NCBI RefSeq assembly: GCF_014202315.1
Contig: NZ_JACHGN010000001.1
Location: 21,757 to 85,756 of the forward strand
Origin: Thermocatellispora tengchongensis
GTDB lineage: Bacteria; Actinomycetota; Actinomycetes; Streptosporangiales; Streptosporangiaceae
DNA length: 64,000 bases
Direction: 5' to 3'
The notes under the pieces are model-generated. The model had not been told where the DNA came from. It saw only the letters and a program-made list of their open reading frames with translations, and made no database searches. Within the stretch, counting starts at the first letter, position 1. Each line of letters begins with the position of its first letter. Of this stretch, positions 38,083 through 46,521 are shown piece by piece. The position numbers were made by a program, and so were the translations under genes.

Positions 38083-38631
38083 ATGAACGAGGAACGATTA
38101 GCGGAACTTGAGCGCCGGGTGGCCCGCCTGGAGGCCGCGCTGACGGGCGCCGGGCAGGACCGGCGGCCTCCCGAGGCGTCGCCGTCATCACTGGACCTGC
38201 TCCGGCGCTTCGAGGCGGCGGCCGAGGAGGAGACGGGCGAGAGCGCCGGCACCATCGCGTACGTCGGGGCCGCGCTGCTCGACGGCGACCGGCACCTGTG
38301 GGCGAGTGAGCACCGCGTGGCCGACCTGATGGCGGCCGACTGGGGGCCCGCCGCCGCGCTGCTGGAGGCCATGGGCAGCCCGGCGCGGCTGGCCCTGCTC
38401 GCGGCGCTGGTGCGGGGGCCGCGGACCCGGGCGTACCTGCAGGAGGCCCTGGGCGGGGAGACCACGAGCGGCCACCTCTACCACCACCTGCGGGAGTTGC
38501 AGCGTACGGGGCTGATCGCGCAGCGGCGGCGCGGGGAGTACCAGGTCGTCTCCCGCGCGGTGGTCCCGATCCTGGCCGCCCTGGCCGCCGCCCTCGACCT
38601 CGGCGTCGCCCCCACGGCCCAGGAGGAGTAG
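38083..38631 (+). CDS. ArsR-family winged-helix transcriptional regulator with N-terminal coiled-coil
   Basis: C-terminal ARLALLAALVRGPRTRAYLQEALG...SGHLYHHLRELQRTGLI is an ArsR/SmtB-type wHTH. Confidence 0.75.
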   Translation: MNEERLAELERRVARLEAALTGAGQDRRPPEASPSSLDLLRRFEAAAEEETGESAGTIAYVGAALLDGDRHLWASEHRVADLMAADWGPAAALLEAMGSPARLALLAALVRGPRTRAYLQEALGGETTSGHLYHHLRELQRTGLIAQRRRGEYQVVSRAVVPILAALAAALDLGVAPTAQEE

Positions 38632-38636
38632 ATCCC

Positions 38637-39752
38637 ATGCGCACGCACCCCGCGTGGGCCGCGTGGGCCCGCGGCGACATCGACGAGGCCGCCCGCCTGG
38701 CGGCCGAGCACGGCCACGACCGGGTGCTCGTGCTCACCGACCTCGTACGCGGCCGGTACGAGCCCGCCCTGGCCCGCTACGCCGCCAAGCCCCGGCGCGA
38801 CCTGGCCGAGCCGATCGCGCACGCCCTGCTGCACCTCCGCCGCACCGATGAGGCGCACGACCTGGCCCGCCGCCTGCTCGGCGACCGCCGCACACCGCCC
38901 GATCTGGCGCTCCGCCGCGCCCGCCCCCTGACCGTGGCGGCGTCCGGCACGGTCACACTGCCCTTCTGCGACCACCCACTGGCCCCCTACCTCCCCGCCG
39001 TCGCCGGACAGATCGAGGGCCGGCGCACGCCGATCCACCTGGACACCGGCGGCACGTTCCTGGTCATGGGCCTGGAGCGGGCGGAATCGCTGGGCATCGC
39101 CTCGGTCCCCAACGGCCGGCACGCCCACGGCGTCACGCGTACGCCCGCCCGCTTCGGCATCGCCCGCGAACTCGTGCTCGGCGACGTCAGGCTGACGAAC
39201 GTGCCGGTGGACATCCTGCCCACCTTCACCGGTGTCCAGGACCTGGTGATCATGGGCACCAACCTGCTGCAATGCTTCCTGGCCACGATCGACCACCCGG
39301 CGAGCCGCCTGATCCTCGCCCCGCGCGGCACCCCGCCCCCGCCCGGCCTCCGCATCCCGTTCTACCTATGGGGCGATCACTACATGTTCGCCCGCGGCGG
39401 CTACGGCGAACGCCGCGACCTCACCTTCTTCATCGACTCCGGGCTGGTCATGGTGCACCAGGCCGACGACGGGCCACCGCGGCAGGCGTGCGCGTACGCG
39501 ACCCGGCGCCAGTACCGGGTGGCGTGGGGCATCCCGCGCCACCGCGCCGCGACCGCGTTCCACGAGGCCGAACACCCCGTCAGGCTCGGCCCCCTGGAAC
39601 AGCCCGGCCACCTCCTGGCCACCACCCCCACCCGCCGGACCCCCTGGTCCTCCTTCGGCGGCGTGCGCATCCACGGCCTGCTCTCCCACGCCTTCCTGAG
39701 CCGTTACGCCTGGACGCTGGATTTCGACCGGCACGAGTACACCTTCGGCTGA
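38637..39752 (+). CDS. retropepsin-like (clan AA) aspartic protease domain protein
   Basis: The PIHLDTGGTFLVMG motif (D-T/S-G) is the catalytic signature of retroviral-type aspartyl proteases. The C-terminal ~200 aa have no recognised family. Confidence 0.7.
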   Translation: MRTHPAWAAWARGDIDEAARLAAEHGHDRVLVLTDLVRGRYEPALARYAAKPRRDLAEPIAHALLHLRRTDEAHDLARRLLGDRRTPPDLALRRARPLTVAASGTVTLPFCDHPLAPYLPAVAGQIEGRRTPIHLDTGGTFLVMGLERAESLGIASVPNGRHAHGVTRTPARFGIARELVLGDVRLTNVPVDILPTFTGVQDLVIMGTNLLQCFLATIDHPASRLILAPRGTPPPPGLRIPFYLWGDHYMFARGGYGERRDLTFFIDSGLVMVHQADDGPPRQACAYATRRQYRVAWGIPRHRAATAFHEAEHPVRLGPLEQPGHLLATTPTRRTPWSSFGGVRIHGLLSHAFLSRYAWTLDFDRHEYTFG

Positions 39753-39845
39753 CATGATCGGCCATTTGAACATGAGGCGATGGCAACGGTGGCGGTCGCC
39801 GCCCTGGCGGTCCTGGCCGACCGCGCCGCCGCCATCGAGACCCGC
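39753..39845 (+). repeat. chimeric duplicated fragment: copy of 42222-42286 (lipoprotein gene start) fused to a copy of 37826-37869 (3' end of the giant ATPase gene)
   Basis: catgatcggccat...gaacatgaggcgatggcaacggtggcggtcgcc matches 42222-42286. The next stretch, gtcgccgccctggcggtcctggccgaccgcgccgccgccatcga, matches 37826-37869 with 2 mismatches. Confidence 0.6.
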
Positions 39846-39905
39846 CACCTCCCAGTGACTCCCCGCCTTGACATACCGTGAAGTGACGCCAAGGGGGGAG
39901 GCCGG

Positions 39906-41186
39906 ATGGCGGGAGCCCAGGCCGAGCGGAACCGGATCGATTTCCTGGTGGAGATCGGCTTCCGGCTGTCGGCCGCGCTCAACGTACGGCGGTGCGCGTA
40001 CGCGGCGGCGCGGCTGGCGACCACGTATCTGGCCGAGGTCGCGGCCGTGGCCCTGGGGCCGGACGAGCGGCACCGGGTGCGGTGGGTGCGCACCGTGGCG
40101 GGGCGCGACGACGCCGAGGAGGGCGAGGTCGCCGGCCGCGCCGCGGTCGCGGTGCCGGGGCTCGGCGAGTCGCCGGGCGACCTGCCGGGGTCGGCGCGCC
40201 GGCTGAAGCCGGACGAGGTGCCGGAGTGGCTGCTCCCGCCCGCGCTCGCCGCCGGCCGGCAGGTGCTGGTGGTCACGCTGTCCGGCCCCGCCGCCCCCTG
40301 CGGGGCGCTCTTCCTCGTCCGGCACGGCCCGGACGATGACCCCGACGCGGAACCGCTGGCCCGCGCCCTGGCCGAACGCGCCGGTGCCGCCATCTGCGCC
40401 GCCAGGCTGTACGAGGAGCAGTGCGCGATCAACGACGCCCTGGCCGCCGACCTGCTCCCGTCGCCCCTGCCCGAGTTTGAGGGGGTGGACCTGGCCGGCT
40501 CGCTGCGCGCCTCCCAGCAGGCGGGCCGGCTCGGCGGCGACTTCTACGACGTCCACCTCCCCCCGGCCGGCGGCGCGCCGGAGCCGACGCTGGCGGTGCT
40601 CGGCGACGTGTGCGGCAAGGGCGTGCAGGCGGCCGCGCTCGCCGGACGTGTACGCCACAGCCTGCGCGCGCTGCTGCTCCTGGAGCGGCGCCCCGAGCGG
40701 CTGGCCGACCTGCTCAACCGGACCCTGCTCGACTCGCCCACCCCCTATTCGCACGTCACGCTGGTCCTGGCCGCGCTGAGCCGGGCCCCCGACGGGCACG
40801 TGCGGCTCGGCCTCGCGGTGGCCGGGCACCCGCCGCCGCTCATCCTGCGCCGCGACCGCTCGGTGGAGGAGGTCTCCTCCACCGGCTGCATGCTCGGCGT
40901 CCTGCCCGACATCGGCGTACGCACCGTGCCCGCCGACCTCGCGCCCGGCGAGGTGTGCCTGCTCTACAGCGACGGCGTGACCGAGGCGTTCGGCGGCCCG
41001 GCCGGTCACGAGATGTACGGCGACGACCGGCTCAAGACCGCCCTCGCCTCCTGCGCCGGAATGCCGGCCGCCGCGGTGGTGGCGCGGCTGGAGCAGCTCG
41101 GCAGCGAATGGCTGGCCGGCGGCGAGCACGACGACCGGGCGCTGCTGGCCATCCGGTGTCCCCTCCCCTCCGCGCCATGGACCTGA
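39906..41186 (+). CDS. PP2C-family serine phosphatase (SpoIIE/RsbU-like) with N-terminal GAF-like sensor region
   Basis: C-terminal PP2C motifs GGDFYD, LGDVCGKG and YSDG, and the regulatory arrangement typical of RsbU-type phosphatases. The sequence TTGACA at 39868-39873 is a possible -35 promoter element. Confidence 0.85.
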   Translation: MAGAQAERNRIDFLVEIGFRLSAALNVRRCAYAAARLATTYLAEVAAVALGPDERHRVRWVRTVAGRDDAEEGEVAGRAAVAVPGLGESPGDLPGSARRLKPDEVPEWLLPPALAAGRQVLVVTLSGPAAPCGALFLVRHGPDDDPDAEPLARALAERAGAAICAARLYEEQCAINDALAADLLPSPLPEFEGVDLAGSLRASQQAGRLGGDFYDVHLPPAGGAPEPTLAVLGDVCGKGVQAAALAGRVRHSLRALLLLERRPERLADLLNRTLLDSPTPYSHVTLVLAALSRAPDGHVRLGLAVAGHPPPLILRRDRSVEEVSSTGCMLGVLPDIGVRTVPADLAPGEVCLLYSDGVTEAFGGPAGHEMYGDDRLKTALASCAGMPAAAVVARLEQLGSEWLAGGEHDDRALLAIRCPLPSAPWT

Positions 41187-41208
41187 AGGCGCCATGGACC
41201 TGAAGGCC
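41173..41208 (+). repeat. 17-bp perfect tandem duplication (cgccatggacctgaagg x2) spanning the PP2C stop and the next gene's start
   Basis: Read directly from the sequence. Copy 1 supplies the PP2C C-terminus (PWT-stop), and copy 2 supplies the MDLKA start of the B12-binding gene. Confidence 0.7.
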
Positions 41209-42216
41209 GCCCAGGACCGCTATCTGGAGCGCGCCGCCGAGGCCGACGCCCGGGGCGCGGTGGACCTCGTGCTCGGGCTGCTGGACGACGGCGTACCGGC
41301 CGAGGACGTGCTGCTGCGGGTGATCGCGCCGGTGCAGCGGCGGGTGGGCGAGCTGTGGGCCGCCAACACGTGGTCGGTGGCGCGCGAGCACGCGGCCACC
41401 TCCGTGAGCGAGACGGCCGTGGCCGCGGTCGCCGTACACGCGCGGCCCCGGCCGGCGCGCGGCCGGATCACGGTGGCCTGCACCGACGGCGAGTACCACG
41501 CGCTGCCCGCCCGCCTGCTCGCCGAGGTGCTGCGCCTGCGCGGCCATCGGGTGGACTTCCTCGGCGCCAGCGTCCCCGGCGGGCACCTGCTGTCCTACCT
41601 GCACCAGACCGGCCCCGACGCGGTGGCCGTGAGCTGCACTCTGCCCACCCGGCTGCTGCGCGCCCACGGCCTGATCACCGCCTGCCGCGCGGCGGGCGTA
41701 CCGGTGCTCGCGGGCGGCGCCGGCTTCGGCCCCGACGGCCGCTACGCCCGGACGCTGGGCGCGGACGCCTGGGCGCCCACCGCCGACGCCGCCGCGGACA
41801 TCCTGGACTCCGGCGGCCTGCCCGCCTTCCCGCCCGTGCCCGACGGCGCGCTCCGGGTCGCGGACAAGGAGACCGCCGAACTCCTCCGCCGCCGCACCGC
41901 CCTGCTCGCCGCGGTGCTGGACGACCTCGGCCGCGCCTACCCGCCCATGTCCGCCTACGACCCGGAGCAACTGGAGCGCACCGCCGAGGACCTGGGCCAC
42001 ATCGCCGACTTCCTGTCCACCGCCCTGTTCGTGGACGACCCGGCCCTGTTCACCGGCTTCGTCACCTGGACCCGCGACATCCTGCTGGCCCGCGGAGTGC
42101 CACCGGAACCGCTCGTGACCGGCCTGCGGGTCATGCGCGACCGCCTCCCCGGCCTCCCCCGAGCCCGGGAGCTCCTGACCGAGGGCATCCGCGCCGCCAT
42201 GGCCGGACTGGCATAA
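41194..42216 (+). CDS. cobalamin (B12)-binding domain protein lacking a DNA-binding domain
   Basis: An N-terminal helical B12-binding_2 region and a Rossmann-like B12-binding core (ITVACTDGEYHALPARLLAEVLRLRGHRVDFLGASVP). There is no MerR HTH. Confidence 0.7.
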   Translation: MDLKAAQDRYLERAAEADARGAVDLVLGLLDDGVPAEDVLLRVIAPVQRRVGELWAANTWSVAREHAATSVSETAVAAVAVHARPRPARGRITVACTDGEYHALPARLLAEVLRLRGHRVDFLGASVPGGHLLSYLHQTGPDAVAVSCTLPTRLLRAHGLITACRAAGVPVLAGGAGFGPDGRYARTLGADAWAPTADAAADILDSGGLPAFPPVPDGALRVADKETAELLRRRTALLAAVLDDLGRAYPPMSAYDPEQLERTAEDLGHIADFLSTALFVDDPALFTGFVTWTRDILLARGVPPEPLVTGLRVMRDRLPGLPRARELLTEGIRAAMAGLA

Positions 42217-42254
42217 TCGGCCATCCCACCAGCCCCCCTCACCCCAGGACGAAC

Positions 42255-43097
42255 ATGAGGCGATGGACAACGGTGGCGGTCGCCGCACTGATCGCGTCCG
42301 CCCCGGCCGTACTCGCGACCCCGGCCTCCGCCACGGCGGCCCCTGACCCGGTGCAGGCGCTCAAACGCCAGTTCCGCCCCGAGAAGGGCGTCCACATCAC
42401 CGAGGTCGCCCGCATGACCTACAAGGGCGAGGCGAGCAGGACCCGGGTCTCCGGCAGGATCCAGTTCGCCGCGACCGGCCCCGTCGCCTTCGACGGCACG
42501 AGCTACGTGGTCCCCGAGCGGGAGGACGTCATCGCGCCCGTCAACGAGCCGACCGACATGACGCTCGTCGGCCGGCGACTGTACCTGTCGTGGGACGGCC
42601 TCCCGGACGGCAAGAAGTGGGTGACCCTGGACCTGGGCGATTTCTTCACCGCGCACGACCTGAGCGCGCAGAGGATCACGGTCCTGAACCCGTCGGTACT
42701 CAACGCGATGCTGCGAGGGCGCACCGGCGAGCCGGTCTCCGGCGGCTACTTCTACCAGGGCAAGGTGACCTACGCCGACCTGTACCGGGCCGACCCGAAG
42801 CACTACGGTTCGGTGCTGAAGGCCCTGCGGATCAGCGCGCCCTCCAAGCAGACGATCGCCTTCAAGCTCTGGACGAGCCGCGACGGCCTGCCCACCCGCC
42901 TGATGACCTCCGAGACCGAGCGGAACAAGCGGACGAGCCGCAGCATAGACACCCGCTACACCGACTGGGGCGCAGAGGTCATCGTCCTCGCCCCGCCCGC
43001 CGACGAGACCATTCCCTTCGACGATGTGCCCCTCGACGACCCGGAGCCCAAAGAGATCCTGAACGTCCTCCCGGGCCGCGCCCGCGACGCCGCCTGA
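42255..43097 (+). CDS. secreted hypothetical protein (signal peptide)
   Basis: ATG at 42255 in frame with ORF 41355..43097, with a signal peptide MRRWTTVAVAALIASAPAVLATPASA. GC3 is high. Confidence 0.7.
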   Translation: MRRWTTVAVAALIASAPAVLATPASATAAPDPVQALKRQFRPEKGVHITEVARMTYKGEASRTRVSGRIQFAATGPVAFDGTSYVVPEREDVIAPVNEPTDMTLVGRRLYLSWDGLPDGKKWVTLDLGDFFTAHDLSAQRITVLNPSVLNAMLRGRTGEPVSGGYFYQGKVTYADLYRADPKHYGSVLKALRISAPSKQTIAFKLWTSRDGLPTRLMTSETERNKRTSRSIDTRYTDWGAEVIVLAPPADETIPFDDVPLDDPEPKEILNVLPGRARDAA

Positions 43098-43193
43098 GCC
43101 CTCACGCGGGCGCGCTCCCGCCTTCGTACAGGGCCGCCTGAGCCCCCACGTGGGCGCGCTCCCGCCACGCGGCCGGGAGCGCGCCCACGGCGC

Positions 43194-43559
43194 TCAGAGC
43201 TTGTTACCCGGCGCCTCGTGCGGCACCGGCCACACCTCCACGGCGTTCTGAGCCGCGAACGGGATCTCGGCGGCGATCTCCAGGGCGCGCTGCTCGCTCG
43301 GCACGTCGATCAGGTACCAGCTCGCCAGGTACTCCTTGGCCTCCAGGTACGGCCCGTCGGTCACGACCGGCACCCCCTCGCGCACCCGCACGACCTTGGC
43401 CTCGGCCGCGTCGGCGGTCCCGTACGCGCCGAGCAGTTCCCCCGTCTCGGCGTACTTCCGGTTGAACGCGTCCTGCGCCGCGATGGCCTTCTCCGTCTCC
43501 TCCGGCGGGAACGACTCCCACAGCTCGGCGTTGCCGTAAATGATGATCATGTACTTCAC
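43194..43559 (-). CDS. YciI-family protein
   Basis: 121 aa with the MKYMIIIYGN start, typical of the YciI-like / Dabb stress-protein family. Confidence 0.85.
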   Translation of the reverse strand: MKYMIIIYGNAELWESFPPEETEKAIAAQDAFNRKYAETGELLGAYGTADAAEAKVVRVREGVPVVTDGPYLEAKEYLASWYLIDVPSEQRALEIAAEIPFAAQNAVEVWPVPHEAPGNKL

Positions 43560-43720
43560 GACCGATCTCCTCCCGTACCGGCACCCCGTCTGGGCGCCCT
43601 TTCACCCACCGGTCGGAACCGGCACGCCTTCCTCGACATCCCACCCCCAAGATTGCGCAAAGAATGCCCGGAAAGTGCTGATCTTCCAGCAGGGCAGGGG
43701 GCAGACCTGCGGAAACGTCA

Positions 43721-43760
43721 CATGCTAACGAGCATGCTAACTAACATGCGAGTTAGCATG
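43721..43760. promoter_or_regulatory. composite operator-like element: CATGCTAAC x2 direct repeats plus inverted copy GTTAGCATG
   Basis: Read directly from the sequence in the divergent promoter region between the YciI gene and the AlbA_2-domain regulator gene. Confidence 0.4.
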
Positions 43761-43763
43761 TAG

Positions 43764-43800
43764 TTGGGTGGCCGAGGGGACGTTGGGTGGCCGAGGGGAC
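43764..43800 (+). repeat. 18-bp tandem duplication (ttgggtggccgaggggac x2) abutting the ATG at 43801
   Basis: Read directly from the sequence. It contains a purine-rich RBS-like GAGGGGAC in each copy. Confidence 0.7.
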
Positions 43801-45549
43801 ATGGTGCTCGACCCAGAGCTCGCGGAAATCGTCGACAACCTCCGTACCATCGGCGCGGACATCGCCGACGTCGAGGTGAAGAAGGCCCAGGGAGGCCTGC
43901 CCAGGTCGCTGCGCGAAACGCTCTCGGCGTTCGCCAACACCCGAGGTGGCGTGATCATCCTAGGGCTGGACGAAACCCAGGGCTTCGCGGCGACGGGCCT
44001 GACCGATCCGGCGGACGTGGCCGCGGGTCTGGGCGCCATGTGCGCGGAGGACATGGAACCACCGCTGAGACCTCTTATCAAGATCCATCGGTTCGAGGGC
44101 ACTCACATACTGGTCGCGGAGGTCCCCGAACTCGATGCTGCTCAAAAGCCCTGCTTCTCGCGGTCCGCGGGCATCACCAAGGGCAGCTACGTCAGGGTCG
44201 GCGACGGCGATCGCCGGCTGTCGGCCTACGAGGTGCAGGTCATGCTGTCCTCCCGAGGCCAGCCTCGGGAGGACGAACAGGCCGTACGAGGGGTGGGGTT
44301 GGAGCACCTCGACCCCGCAGGCGTGGACGCGTTGATCGGCCGGCTACGCATCAGCAGGCCGTATGCGTTCAAGGATCTCACCCCGATGGCGGTGCTGCGG
44401 CGCGCCAAGGTGCTTGTGCCGGACGGCCACGGTGGTGAGGCGGTCTCGCTGGCCGGGCTTCTGGCACTTGGGCGCTACCCACAGGAGCACTTTCCTCAAC
44501 TGATGGTCACCTTCGTCCACTATCCCACCCCCAGCGGATCGCGACCTGATGCGCGGTTTCTGGACAACGTAACGCTGGAAGGCCCGATCCCGATCATGGT
44601 CCGCGACACCCTCGCAGCGATACGTCGCAACATGTCGCGCAGAGCGGTCATCGAAGATGCGGGCCGCGAGGATGTCTGGGAGTATCCGGAGACGGCGCTG
44701 CGGGAAGCGGTGGTGAACGCCTTGGTTCACCGTGACCTGTCCACCGGCGCGCGCGGCACTCAGGTCCAGGTCGAGATGTATCCCGACAGATTGCTTATTC
44801 GCAATCCCGGTGGACTGTTCGGTCCTGTCAGCATCGACAGCCTGGGCGAAGAGGGCATCTCCTCCGCCCGTAACGCCATTCTCATCAAACTCCTGGAAGA
44901 TGTCCCCCTGCCCGGTGAGAGCCGTACCGTCTGCGAGAATCGCGGGTCGGGTATCCGGGCCATGCTCAACTCATTGCTGGCCGCGGGCATGAGCCCGCCG
45001 CAGTTCGATGACAAAATCTCCTCTTTCGTGGTCCTCTTCCCCAACCACACGCTCCTGAGTGAGGAGATTGTCGGCTGGATCCGCAGTCTGGGAGAGAAGG
45101 GTCTGACCGACAGTCAGTGCGTCGCCCTGGCCCTGCTACGCGAAGAGGGAAGCCTCGACAACCGCGCATACCGCAACGCGACCGGTGTGGACTCACGCGT
45201 CGCCACCGCCGAACTCCGGGACCTCGTCGCCCGTGAGCTCATAACCCAGTCAGGGACTCGCCGCTGGGCCAGGTATCTGCTGTCCCAGCGCCACACCGAG
45301 ACGACGGATCAGTCCGCGCGCGCCGACCGCAGGCCGCAACTGCTGGCGGCTCTTGGAGAGCAGACTCTGTCCCGGGCCGAGTTGGTGTCGCGGACCGGAC
45401 TCGGCGATCAGACGGTCCGGAGGTGGTTGAAGATCCTCCGGGACGAGGGCCTGATCGAGACCGTGGGAAGCCCCAAGAGCGTTCACGTCCGATATCGCCG
45501 CACGCGTCAAGAACCACTCTTCCCGCACGGGAACTCGGGGCGCGACTGA
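43801..45549 (+). CDS. AlbA_2 (Schlafen-like divergent AAA) + HATPase_c_4 + C-terminal wHTH putative transcriptional regulator
   Basis: The domain order matches the widespread 'ATP-dependent DNA helicase RecG-related / putative DNA-binding' family. GC content is visibly lower (~64%) than the flanking genes, with frequent A/T-ending codons. Confidence 0.8.
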   Translation: MVLDPELAEIVDNLRTIGADIADVEVKKAQGGLPRSLRETLSAFANTRGGVIILGLDETQGFAATGLTDPADVAAGLGAMCAEDMEPPLRPLIKIHRFEGTHILVAEVPELDAAQKPCFSRSAGITKGSYVRVGDGDRRLSAYEVQVMLSSRGQPREDEQAVRGVGLEHLDPAGVDALIGRLRISRPYAFKDLTPMAVLRRAKVLVPDGHGGEAVSLAGLLALGRYPQEHFPQLMVTFVHYPTPSGSRPDARFLDNVTLEGPIPIMVRDTLAAIRRNMSRRAVIEDAGREDVWEYPETALREAVVNALVHRDLSTGARGTQVQVEMYPDRLLIRNPGGLFGPVSIDSLGEEGISSARNAILIKLLEDVPLPGESRTVCENRGSGIRAMLNSLLAAGMSPPQFDDKISSFVVLFPNHTLLSEEIVGWIRSLGEKGLTDSQCVALALLREEGSLDNRAYRNATGVDSRVATAELRDLVARELITQSGTRRWARYLLSQRHTETTDQSARADRRPQLLAALGEQTLSRAELVSRTGLGDQTVRRWLKILRDEGLIETVGSPKSVHVRYRRTRQEPLFPHGNSGRD

Positions 45550-45629
45550 GGCAGGACCGTCCGAGCGCAGGTGAGGACGGACGGGCGCGGCCACGGCGGG
45601 GCTGAGGGGGCCGCCCGGTAGGGCCGGGG

Positions 45630-45658
45630 GGTGGCGGGTGGGTTTGCCGCCCGCCACC
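45630..45658. terminator. GC-rich hairpin (GGTGGCGGG-N11-CCCGCCACC) between convergent genes
   Basis: Read directly from the sequence. There is no clear T-tract, so this could be a factor-dependent or bidirectional terminator. Confidence 0.3.
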
Positions 45659-45688
45659 TGTGCGCGGCCGCGCGAGGACACGCGGGGT

Positions 45689-46306
45689 TCAGCTTCGGCC
45701 CTCTTTGGGGGGGAGGTTGGTGTCTAGCCAGTCGAGTTCGGCCAATAGGCGGTCGGGTGGGCCGGCGAGGGAGGGGTCGCCCAGGGCGAAGTCGAGGGCG
45801 TCGCGGGTGGCCTGGTAGCGGGTGGCGGCCAGGAGGCGGGTGCGGGTGACCGGGTCGCGGGCTGCGCCTGCCTCTATGACCGTGGTTCTGGCGGCTGCGG
45901 CGAGTTTGGCGGCGAGGATGTGGGTGCGGCGGAACTGGCGGCGGCGGCCGGTGGCGAAGACCCAGGACATCGCGCGTACGAGGCGCATCGGGTCGCGGCC
46001 CGCGGCGAGCTGGCGCAGGGCGGCCAGGGCGGCGCGGGGGAAGGTGGCGGCGGTGGCGCGGCGGCGGCACTCGACCTCCAGGGCGGCCAGCCGGTCGACG
46101 CGGGCGCGGAGCCGGACGAGCAGGAGCCGGGAGTACATCTCCACGATCTCCTGGCGGCGGCTGACGAGCCGCGGTTCCCACGAGGTTCCGCGTTCGAGCA
46201 CCGCCTCGTCGCGGCCGGTGCCGAACACCATCTCGTGGGCATGGACACTGCAGGCGTATGTCAGGGCGAGGGTGACGTCCCTGCCCCGTTTGGTGTTCTC
46301 TGTCAT
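45689..46306 (-). CDS. hypothetical protein
   Basis: 205 aa with consistently high GC3 across the ORF. The overlapping plus-strand ORFs are Arg-rich shadow ORFs. No recognisable family. Confidence 0.55.
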   Translation of the reverse strand: MTENTKRGRDVTLALTYACSVHAHEMVFGTGRDEAVLERGTSWEPRLVSRRQEIVEMYSRLLLVRLRARVDRLAALEVECRRRATAATFPRAALAALRQLAAGRDPMRLVRAMSWVFATGRRRQFRRTHILAAKLAAAARTTVIEAGAARDPVTRTRLLAATRYQATRDALDFALGDPSLAGPPDRLLAELDWLDTNLPPKEGRS

Positions 46307-46521
46307 TGTCGTGCCGGCCGGTTGACGCGGGGTTCTTCGGCGTGGTTCATGGCCCTCCTGAGGGACGCTGCTGCGTGGATGGCCGTCAGCGGCTGGGGAG
46401 CCGACTACCTGCAGTATCTCAGGTGTTGGTCGCCTGTGCAGGCGTCACCCACGCAAAAGGGACAAAGCTCGGCGGGGCGCGACCGACGTCTAACCGTTCG
46501 TGACCGGGGTATCGCCACCTC

